From assembly GCF_009914755.1 (NCBI RefSeq), contig NC_060927.1: 64,000 nucleotides of DNA, one strand, 5' to 3'. A program made the translations under genes and the position numbers. Source of the DNA: the human T2T-CHM13v2.0 reference genome, Homo sapiens. Below the pieces are notes generated by a model that was not told the DNA's origin, ran no database searches, and saw only the letters and a program-made list of their open reading frames with translations. Positions 19,393 to 29,550 of this stretch are shown one piece after another. Within the stretch, counting starts at the first letter, position 1. Each line of letters starts with the position of its first letter.

Positions 19393-20947
19393 ATTGTTCT
19401 TAAGGCTACTTTTAAGTACAAAAAAAGATGGCCTGCCAAACCTTTTTTTTTCTTCTTCCAGGAAAAACAGGCCACAGAGAATGGTATATTACAGATTTAC
19501 ACACATGAAGAGAAGGTCAGAGCGCACTGCAGGCAGCGCGGCTCTGGGAAGAACTTCACGGAGCCCCTTCTTAGAGCAGGGAGGGGGCTTTCTCAGTGAA
19601 ATGTTTGGTTTTCTGCTGCCTCCTCTGCCCCAGGCCCCCCTCCAGGGTACTGCCTATCCCAGATAGGTCAGTGCACCAGGGACCCGGCCGCCAGCACCGC
19701 CGACCCCTCCCAGAGTGACGCCCTTGTTCACTGACAAAGAGACCTGTCCCAGGAGTGTCCTCCACCGAGCCGGTCAGCTGTGGGTGGTTTTCCTGTTACG
19801 ACGCTCAGTAGCCTGTAGCAATAACAAACTCGTGGCTATGAATGCAGATGCAGTGTTCTCATAGAATAACTGTTCCTGCACTTTTACAGACAAATCTACG
19901 ACAAAAAAAAAGATCAACTTTTTTTTTCCGAACAACAAAAAAAATGAATGATTACAATAGGAAAGGGAAAAATTAAATAGCTACATATCATTAACAAATT
20001 AATGTTCTTCAAAAAATACCTACAAATTTCTCTGTACATTCTTTACGCACAGCGTAACGATGGTCTCAAAATCACCCATATAGAAAAGTGTTCTCAACGA
20101 TTTTTCCTACAGAAAATATAGGGGCCTGAATGCCAAAGCTTGGAAGCCCAGTACAGTGGGAGTGAAATGTGTGCGGGGCAAGGAGAAGGGCTTTTCTTTC
20201 CTCCACTTTTCAAAGGCCTGCAGCCACTCTGTGACTACAAGAGCCAGTCCTCCGACCTTTTCACCCAGTGCCAATTTCCAAAATTCAACAGCTAAAAACT
20301 GTAAAACCGGGGGTCATACGGTGTGCAGAGTCCACAAAGCCTTGCAGGTGAGGTGACCACGCCCACGTCACCTGGTCAGGTGCCATCGTCGTGAGCCTCT
20401 GGTGGGCCAGGTGGGACACAGCACACCCCAGGGGGAGGGGATAGAAACGCTCATTGACCAAAAAGGAGCAGCTGTGACCTCCACAGCTGTGTCTGTCATG
20501 CTTGCTTCATCTAATTTCTAGTTAGTAGCTATTAATATAGCAAATAATAAATGCAGTAATAACAGTATAAAGTCAGAGGAATGTATACTGCCTTGGCCCC
20601 AGCGTACGAGGAAGCGTATAAAACACCATATCACAGATTGTCTGTCAGTAATCTGCTGTTCAGCCAAGAGAGTTCAAAGGGAGCAGTTTCTGCATGTAGG
20701 GAAGTTGGAAGACACAAACCCCACCTCCCCTGGGAGCTTGTAACAAAGCAGACAGGGATGCAAAAATAAATGATGTCAGCCTGCAGCCAAACTCCAGCAT
20801 CCCACACCGCAGCTGACCCACTGCTCATCGCGAGGGCCTGCCAGGAGCTGGCCTCCCGCACTACTTGTGAGTAAAGTGAATATCAAATACCAATCTTAGA
20901 GTACAACTGTACCAGCAGTAAGTATATCTAGGACTGTAACTGACAAA

Positions 20948-20953
20948 AATAAA
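20948..20953 (+). terminator. ATG7: ATG7 polyadenylation signal AATAAA
   Basis: AATAAA followed about 35 nt later by a GT/T-rich element (ggtttttgtttactgt). Other AATAAA at 20546 and 20765. Confidence 0.75.
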
Positions 20954-21374
20954 CTAATTCTGAAAAGAAGATAGTAAGTATTAAGGTTTTTGTTTACTGT
21001 CTATATAATTAATAGAAACCAGCTATTTTTTCTCCATTAAAACATGCATCACGTTTAAAGCACTATGGAATCCTCCAACCTCAGCTCTAGTCTAACAAAC
21101 TGCAGTGTTCAGAGAAGATAAAATGCCCGTGATTGGTAGAGTCTGCAGTCCAGTTGCAAGCACCTGAAATCTAGAGAGAGAAAGACCTATAACCTGTATG
21201 AGACTTCCCCTTCCAAAGCTGTATTGTCTACATTAAAAAAAACAAAAACAGTAACAACAACAAACACACAAATGGTCAGAAATGTCATCCTTAAACCCTT
21301 TGTTTTTCAGCAGTTTGCCCTCAGAGTTCTGGCATAACACATAAAGTTGTCAGGCAACTTTAGTCCTCCTCCAA

Positions 21375-21382
21375 TAGTGCAA
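21375..21382 (-). promoter_or_regulatory. miR-130/301/454 family 8mer site (UUGCACUA) in the VGLL4 3'UTR; overlaps a miR-19 7mer
   Basis: Plus-strand tagtgcaa(a); miR-130a repression of VGLL4 is established. Confidence 0.7.
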
Positions 21383-21620
21383 ATCAGACACGACAGTTCT
21401 CTTCAAGTATACACACGCACACACATGGACCGAACCAAACACGCCGTGGAAGCTGAGCCACACACACCCCGGTCTCAAGAAGCAAAGGAAAAAGCACAAA
21501 GCGTCTGAGTCACCAATTCATCATGGCTTGTGACTGAGAAAGCGCTGTGGAGTCCTGGCCCCGTCGGGGCAGCAGACCTGCATCAGAGGTTTCTTTGGTA
21601 ACTGAGGCAGGAAGTAAGGA

Positions 21621-21628
21621 TGCTACAT
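21621..21628 (-). promoter_or_regulatory. miR-221/222 8mer site (AUGUAGCA) in the VGLL4 3'UTR; second 7mer at 19980-19986
   Basis: Plus-strand tgctacat; miR-222 targeting of VGLL4 has been reported. Confidence 0.65.
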
Positions 21629-21859
21629 TAGACAGATGTTCCACGCGTAGTTCCTGCTATCATGTTTGAGGGCCCCCTTGTACGGATACCAAGCAAGTAC
21701 AAAAACAGAACACAAATCCCAACAACATGGTTTTTGCAAATAAACCATCCCTTCCCTTCCCCCCACCCCACCCCCATGATTTTTTTTTTTTTAAGTACTG
21801 ACTGTTCAAAGCTCAGGCAAACCATGCAGATCCACGTGTTGTTGGAGGAGGCGCTCCCT

Positions 21860-22131
21860 TCAGGAGACCACAGAGGGGGAGTGACTGTGGCTGACCATGT
21901 GGGCAGAGGGGCTGGCGGGCTGGCCCCTGCGAGAGGCGGACTCAGGGCTGCTGGATGCTCCGTCCTTGGCCGCTTTGATCTGGAGCCACGTGTCACCCAG
22001 AGCTTTGGCAAAGTGGTCGTCCACGGAGCCCGTGATGGACACGGAGTTGGGTGCCGGCTCGGGCTCCTTGTAATTCTTGCCCAGGCTCCTGCGGAAATGC
22101 TCCTCCACCACGGGGTCACAGGTGGTGGCAG
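21860..22131 (-). CDS. VGLL4: VGLL4 last coding exon with both Tondu (TDU) TEAD-binding motifs
   Basis: Acceptor ttcctgcttgcctgcag|CT. Translates (A)ATTCDPVVEEHFRRSLGKNY...SVDDHFAKALGDTWLQIK...SPSVVS*. VxxHF motifs at about 22082-22108 and 21998-22024. Confidence 0.97.
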
Positions 22132-22635
22132 CTGCAGGCAAGCAGGAAGGCAGGCAGTCAGACACAGGTGGCTGCAGACAGACAGGCACGGTTGCAGCAC
22201 CCTCCCTCAGGCAGCCCAGAGCCGGACTGGCTGCCACGGTCAGCGTGGGCTCTGCAGACAGAACCCACCTCCCCCGGCTAAGTCAGGCACTTGGGCAGGT
22301 CACTTTTCTGTAAAATGGTGATGTACCAACTGCACTGGGCCAGAGTCCGAGTTCAGAAAGAGAATGTGGCATTAAATTTAAATAACAGTAGCCGCTGCCC
22401 TCCCTGCAACTAGGGCATGAGACCCTGGAACTGAGCGAGGCGGTGTGTTTCTCATGCCCTTCCCACCCAAGTCATGCGCAACGCTAGGCGCACACTGGAC
22501 GTGCTCAAGAAATACTTTTTCAACCTCAGCAATAGATGGGCTCAGGGGCGAGAGGTTTCAGCCAACAGCATGACAGAGAAGGGCTCTGCTGCCACTAGCA
22601 CAGCTGTGACAGGTGAGGAGGCCCGGGACACTCAC

Positions 22636-22759
22636 CGCTCGGTGGCCTCCGGTAGCTGGCAGGCCCGGGCGCGGCACAGCCGCTGTGCGCGATGGGGCAG
22701 TGCGAGAGGTTGCAGTTGCGGGCGCCAGCCGAGGCACAGGTGATCACGGAGGGCCGGTT
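22636..22759 (-). CDS. VGLL4: VGLL4 penultimate exon (124 nt), NRPSVITCAS...SYRRPPS
   Basis: Acceptor ctccccgcag|AAC and donor AGCG|gtgagt; phases (0 in, 1 out) join in frame with the neighbouring exons. Confidence 0.95.
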
Positions 22760-25194
22760 CTGCGGGGAGGAGGGGTGTCAGTATGTGGAGACCAGCTTCA
22801 GTACCGGGCACCACCCCTGGGGCCCTCCCCAGCACCCTTCAGGCTCTGTCCTGGTGCCCTTCCTGACCCAGTCTGCCACCTCCCACTTCAATACTGGAGT
22901 CCTGTTGCTAAACACAGCCAATCCACAGAGTGAGCGCAGCTCCAAGGGTGTGTGTAGTGGCCCTTGGTCGTGGCTGTTTGGATCAGTGAGGGTACAAAGG
23001 ACAAAAGCTCAACTGTTGAGTTGGTCTGTCCCCATCTCTCAAATCTGTTAAGACAAACACCGGGCATCCTGTGGAGGACAGAGGGTTGCAGGAGGGACCT
23101 CGATTCTCCCGTTAACGTCCCCAGAGCCCTTCCCATCATGTCCACTGAGCCGCGGGTGTGCCTGGAGCCATCCAGGACACTTCAATACACGGCAATTAAC
23201 TGGAAGCATTTTGCTTGAGCCAAAGCCAGCTCGAGTTGGCCTCAGTGATGACCTACAAATCGGGACAGAGAGGAAATGGAGGAAATATGCCTAAGTGTGG
23301 AACGGCACACATCCCACCCCAGCCCGATCTGCCCTGTGCACAGCCTCACTCTCTCCTTCACCCCCACCCCCACGCTGTCTGCCTGGCAAACTCCCCTTGT
23401 TCCTTCAAGCCCTGTTCAGATCTCTCTCTGAAGCCTTTCACTGGCCACCGCCCCACCACCACCGCTTTTCACTCCTGCTCCCCTAACCCACCAAGATTCA
23501 GCAAGTGCATCGGTCTGTCCAGGTGCTCCCGTAAGACCATGCACACCAGGCAGTATGTCTGGCCCCCCAGCTTTGGTGCGGAACCTGGGACAGAAAATAT
23601 TTGTGAACTAAACAGAACTTCCTCAGGTTCCCCCAGGAAAAGTATCTTCCAATACCCCCGAGGACAAGGTGGTGGAGTATGTGGGCTAAGTTCCAGGACA
23701 GCCAGCAAGGAGCTGGTTGAAATCACCCCACAGGGACCAATGGTGACAGCAGTGTCAGCCAGAGGGACGCTGGGCCTTATCCTCCCCAGCCAGCCCTTTC
23801 CATTAAAGTTAGAGCAGTAGCTGGTATAAAGACACAAAAGGCTTGCATGCCAGACCTTCTCATGATAGACGACAGTGATTGGGAATGGTGAAAGTGGATT
23901 CTAGGATGAAAATGTGGATCCACAAGGATGAACTGGGATTGAACACAAGGACCTGTGCTTGGGTCTAACAAGAAGCGACACATGCCAGGGTAGGGGGGGA
24001 TGTGGCTTAGCAACAGCAGACCAACCAAGAATTCAGGGTTTCTTAGTGGCCCGACACTTAGCAGCGGGACAGAGCTGCCCAGGGTTCGTACGGCCTCCAT
24101 GGTGTGCACAGGTGGCAGCGCAGAGAGAACCCGGGCAGGTGGAGCTGGGCTGAATGTCCACGTTCTGCCTGTGGACAGGGCCTCGGGTGAGAGACTTCAC
24201 AATGCTGAGCAGACAGGCTCGGAAAGGGGGTTGGGGACCGACAGATGAGGCCTGGAGCAGATCTCACACTGGCTGACCACAGGGGTCAAGCAGCAGCAAG
24301 AGAGCAGAATACCGAGACCTGGACACGCACAGAGCCAGGAGGAAGGAGGGCCCTGCCCCTGTCCAGCTCTCAGAGATGGCCAGGCCCTTCCTGAGCCTGG
24401 CTGCACCCATGACCTTGGGCTCTAGGAGACCCCCCCCCAGGGTCCTCCCAATAAAACTCCCTTTTGTGCTCAGCCGGCTTGTTCTTTGCAGCGAGCGTGT
24501 CCTGACCCACGCAAATGTGGGGAACTGGGGAGACATTTCGAGCACAGGGAGGGGGAATCAAGGAAGATGAAGAAATGAGCTCACTGTCCAGCCTTTATGT
24601 CAGTCTATCCAAGGCAGGAAAGGCCACTTCAGAAGAGACTCTCTAACAAGGGACCAGCAGGGCAGGCTGGCTGACTGGTATCAGACCACCTTCAGGGCAT
24701 CTCCTGACCTGAGCTGGGGCGAATTGCCTTAACCGGTCACCTGCAGATGTGAAGATGTTCAGTGTCTGGGCATCCTCTCCTCCTCCCCACAACCCAGGCT
24801 GCAGGGTGGCCCGTGAGCCCTCGTGGGACTGGCTCCACCACCCCTCCTCCCCAGCTGGAGTCAGGCATCTTGCCCCTGCCTCTGTGGTTGAGTGCAGGCT
24901 GGGACTCGTCCACCTAGAACGGGCCCCAGGCCTCCAGATGGTGAGCGTTTATGGGATCCCGAGGCTCCCCTCCCCCACACCCTTATTTTCCAGATGGGGA
25001 AAATGAAGGCCAGAAACACCCTGTTGGAAGTTACGCTGCGGATTTGTGGCAGGGCCAGTATGAGCCCTGTCACTAACCCCTTCACCCGCTGTCCCACCCA
25101 CCTGTGACTGTCCTCAGACAGAGGCTGCCCCGGGGGAGAGGGCTCCCACCACCTCTCCTATCTGAAAGCAACCCCCAAGGCTGGCTGCGCCAAA

Positions 25195-25195
25195 C

Positions 25196-25226
<31 letters not shown>

Positions 25227-25501
25227 CAAAGTCTCACTCTGTCGTCCAGGCTGGAGTGCAGTGACGCGATCTTGGCTCATTGCAAGCTCCGCCTTCCGGG
25301 TTCAAGCGATTCTCCTGTCAGCCTCCCGAGTAGCTGGGATTACAGGCACCCACCACCACGCCTGGCTAATTTTTGTACTTTTAGTAAAAACAGGGTTTCA
25401 CCATGTTGGCCAGGCTGGTCTCGAAATCCTGGCCTCAAGTGATCCGCCGCCTCAACCCCCCAAAGGGCTGGGATTACAGGTGTGAGCCACTGTGCCCAGC
25501 C
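25195..25501 (-). mobile_element. AluS SINE
   Basis: PolyT plus full reverse Alu. Confidence 0.92.
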
Positions 25502-27970
25502 CTCAATGTGCGAAGCTTAACCCCATCTTGCCTCTCCTCACTGGCTGCTGCCCAAGGCCACCCTCTTGGTGTTTGTCTGTCCTGAGCTGCTATCACAAAC
25601 ATGAAATGGGGGGACACTTTCTGTAGCCTCCCCATACATGCCCCTCTGGGAACTTTCCTGTCCCAGTTCCCAGAGATCTGAGACACATTTTCTGCCACAC
25701 AGAGGAAGGCTTCCACCGTGCCCACCCCACAGGGCTGCAGCATGCGTCCTGCCTGCCTGTGGACACAGAGCTTTGCTGTCACCCCAGGAAGCCCCCTCCC
25801 CACTGCCATTTCCCTGGCTCTGAGCTGCAGGATGACACCCAACAGACTTCCAGGAAGAGACCTCGGAGCTGCTGGAGCACAGGCAACGTGGCTGCTTGGT
25901 GTCCTCAGCAGGGCGCCCGAGCCCAGCTCGGATTGGTGTGCATGGCCTCAGCCCCGCCACGCTGCCGCAGGAAGGAGCCCCACGAATGGTTACGACATGA
26001 ATGACATGTGCTGACAGCAGCCACGGCAAGGAGGGCAGGACTGACCAACCCCAGCCGAAAATGACAGCTCCGGTCAGGGCCACTGTGCCCTTCCCAGGAA
26101 AATGGGCAGCTTGGGGTACCCCGTGGCCCCTGGCTTTGTCCTCAGTCCAGGCCAGGATCCCATAAAGATATAGCTGGGGGGTCGAGGTTCTTCCTCCTAG
26201 GAAAGCTGCTCAGGAGCCCCAAGGCACAAGGAGGGGCCCTTGCCACGTGTGCCGTGGGCAGCCAGGCCCATTCCAGGCTGGGGAGAGGGAGACAGGGTAA
26301 AGAGAGTCAGGCCACTCTGTTCAGCAGTTCAGTTTTTGCAAAGCAACTGTGACCGAAAACCAACTGCAAGATTCTCAAGAGCCCTGAAGAGTCAAGGAAA
26401 TAAATCATCCAAGAACACACTAAGCCCGCCAAGGGCCCACCCTGACCATGTGGGCAGAGATAGCTTGTAAGGCTCACAGTTATGTCCCCCAGGTCATCAA
26501 GGGCCAGAGGCTGGATGTGGGTGCTCCGAGATTACAGCTGAATCCTCCCCTCCATACCCGTGTCCTTCAGGGACTCCCCAACAGCAGTGGCAATGGCCAG
26601 AGAGCCAGGTTCTGCCTGCACGGTTCAGGCCATGGCTCATGGCAGCATTACAATGCCTGTTGAGCTTCCCAAAGCAGAAAGGTCCACTGCCCACCCCGGG
26701 GAGCAGTGAGCGGGTCCCTGTGGGTCGCACTGCGCACACGCCTCTGTTCCAGCCCCTGCTGCTGCCCAACAGCACAATCCTCTCTTCTCATGTCCATTTC
26801 CCCAATTAGACTGGGAGCTCCCTGTGGCCGTGACAGTGTCCACACACACGTCTCTGGCTGCCCACAGCTCTGCTCTGCAGAGGGCTGGGTAAATGGTGAG
26901 CGCTCGTAAAACGTTGAAATGAACAGCAGTGATAACTTGGCCTCGGGTTCCATCAGACACATCAGCGATCTCTCCTCCAGACTAAAACTGAGCGTGCTGA
27001 GAACAAAAACTGCATCTTGCTTGACTGGCTTCTGGTACCCCCTGGCACACAGCAGGGGTCTGTGCCATTTTGTTAAATGGATGAATCAAACAAACAGGAT
27101 TACCATGTCAGGCTCTGAGGCAAGATGGGCAACTGTTCTCAGCTTCACCAGGATTCCCAAGCACCAGAACCACCTCTCCCAACTCCCAGGGCCTACCCCA
27201 CCCACAGTTTCAACAGACCCCATCAGACACGGACACCAGGCAGTGCCACTTGGAGGGAAGCCCCGGTGAGGCCACAGGGACACAGAGGCTCTTGCAGCTG
27301 AATGCACAGAGCCCGGAGGCACCCCCTCGGGGCACGGCACCATCCTCTCTGTCAGTCTTAGCAAATGCTGACTACTGACTAAGGACCTATTAGGTCGCAG
27401 TCCCTGGAGATTCGGAGAGCTCAAGCAGTAATTTTGAGCCTCCTCAATGCTGCTGCCTTCTCCCATATATTTCCCCAGGAACCCCATTTTTAAAAAGATT
27501 TGTTTCTACCAAGCAAGCTGTGTTTATTAAGCAATCATTTAATTTCCTATTTTCCTTTCATAGAAAAAAATCCCTATGTACCAATCATAGGCTTCTGACC
27601 AGCATGGGCTCACAACCCTGTGACCATCAACTGTGCAGGACCCCAGCCCAAGGCAAAGCAACCTGACATTTCCCTTCATCCGCGTGACCGTCTAAAGGAG
27701 AAACGTAGGACCCCCCCCACCCGAGGATGACTACATTCATCCTAAGAGAATCAGGCCTGCCACAGAAGACTGCTGCAGGAAACACCTCAGTACACCACCC
27801 CTGTACTGGGAGAGGAAAGAGATGAAGCCCCAGTGACATTCACCTTGCCCAAGGCCGTGAGTGCTAAGAGGCAAGGCCCGGGCAGGTCTGGGCAGGAAGT
27901 AAAAGCAGAAGAGGACTCCTGTTCTGCTGTCCCTTGTCCCAAGTGCACAACAGAGGCGAAGGGTGGCATC

Positions 27971-28018
27971 CCTCACCACCTCCCTCCCTCACCACCTCCC
28001 TCCCTCACCACCGCCCTC
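27971..28018. repeat. 16-bp tandem repeat x3 (cctcaccacctccctc)
   Basis: Read directly; one substitution in the third copy. Confidence 0.9.
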
Positions 28019-28102
28019 GGAGTCCTCTGCTCGGGGCTCTCCATCCAGCCCAGTCCCCCAGCCCCTGGACTCCCCACGCCACCCTCCCAGACAGAGGCCC
28101 AC

Positions 28103-28325
28103 CTGCTGCCGCTCCCCCGGGGTCAGTGTGGGCGAGAGGCCGGCTGGCCTGCTGGCGTCCAGGCTGTTCTTGGTCAGTGCGAGGGGCTGCTCCAGGCCAA
28201 GGCTGGGGAGGGAGGTGTACAGGTGGCTGCCGTGCAGGCTCATGGTGGGGGCCACAGCGCGCTCGATGGGGCTGCGGCTCCGCTCCCGGGGGTCTCTGCG
28301 GCAGTCTCCATTGGCAGTCTTGTTC
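28103..28325 (-). CDS. VGLL4: VGLL4 coding exon (223 nt), NKTANGDCRR...TPGERQQ
   Basis: Acceptor cctctttttcag|G AAC and donor CAG CAG|gtgggc; 1 nt plus 74 codons; matches VGLL4. Confidence 0.95.
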
Positions 28326-29442
28326 CTGAAAAAGAGGAATGGGCATTCAGGGGGCGTTTTCTCAAAGGCAAAGGGGACAGTGACTGTGCGCCAGGCACTC
28401 CGTGTTGCTTATTTAATTTTTTACCCTGAAGCTCAGGTCGTGTGGCTGGGCAGCACGATGAGGAGCCGGTTGCCAGCCCGGGTCAGCCGGACACCAAAGC
28501 CTCTGGGTGCCGGAGAAGCTGCTGCCAGCGGAGTCCAAAGTCAGCTCCATAGAAGATGGAGCCCCCGACTCAGTGGCGTCCTCTGCCTGACTCTGTGTTC
28601 ACTTCTATAATAATCTCCACTCCCTGGGAGCCTGGGGAGCTGGAGGCCAAGCTGGTTCGATAAGGACCTGCCATTTGGACAGGACGGGGACGCTGACAAC
28701 GATCCAGAGTCACTGGCTGCGTCCTACATGCAGGGCCCTATTCAAAGCCTCCACAGCACTGCTCAGCCCATCTTCCTCACAGTACTGCTCAGCCCGTCTT
28801 CCTAACAGCACTAAGCAGGCAATGCTGCCACCATCCCCTTTCCAGACCAGAACCCCAAGACTCAAGAGTGGTGGAATAATCAGCTCAGACTCCCAGCTGA
28901 CATGTGGTGGCACGTGCTCTGGGGTTCCCGGGGTGCTGTAGGGAGCCGGCGCGCAGCTCTCTCGTCCAGGACACACGAGCAGGAGTGACCTGCGTCCAGA
29001 AGGTCCATCACTAGCCCTGGCCATGTGCTGAGCACCCAGGCGATGCCACGTGGAATCCAGGTGAGAGAGTCAGCACCACCTCCATCTGATGTGTTAGTCT
29101 GAAGGCAGCGTTACGTGTTGCATCTATTAGACACCAACCCCACACAGGTAAGCCATGGCCAGCCCTGGTCCACCCTCCCTGCTTTATTCCAGGGGTCCCA
29201 CAGTTCCATCTGCCTTGGGTCTTGCCCCTTCAATCCACCATATTATCCGCTGACAGAGTAACCTTTTTCCGTAACTCATGAGCTGGTCATTTAAAGAAAA
29301 AGGTGGTGAATTATGATTTGAGTGAATTTTAAGAAATACAAATTATTTTCAGAGTCTACAAGTAGTCACCTGTCTTAACTAGCAGAAAAGCCTAGGCCTG
29401 CCCTGGTGAAGCAGCAGCCACAGCCCCCGTCCCGGACTGGCT

Positions 29443-29550
29443 GAATATGTTACACACACAATGAATGTTACACACACAATGTTACGCATGCACACAGAAT
29501 GTTACACACACACTGAATGTTACACACACGCACACCACACACACACACGC
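29443..29550. repeat. Imperfect (gaatgttacacacaca)n / CA-rich repeat
   Basis: About five units ending in CA runs. Confidence 0.8.

Larger units (their letters stand above)
18148..20970 (+). other. ATG7: ATG7 3'UTR (end approximate)
   Basis: Follows the stop codon, is free of interspersed repeats and ends after AATAAA at 20948-20953. Confidence 0.8.
19370..21859 (-). other. VGLL4: VGLL4 3'UTR (end approximate)
   Basis: Lies downstream of the VGLL4 stop (21860-21862) and ends after the minus-strand AATAAA at 19387-19392. Confidence 0.8.

Noticed and set aside
21662-22321. 219-aa + strand ORF
   Set aside because: Antisense shadow of the GC-rich VGLL4 coding exon, beyond the main ATG7 polyA site.
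23215-23820. 201-aa + strand ORF in a VGLL4 intron
   Set aside because: Non-ATG start, no domain, no promoter or splice evidence.
27833-28610. 198-215 aa + strand ORFs
   Set aside because: Antisense shadows of the VGLL4 exon plus the tandem repeat.
29443-29550. Repeated gaatgttacacac units resembling a repeat-spacer array
   Set aside because: No unique spacers; a degenerate CA minisatellite in eukaryotic DNA, not CRISPR.
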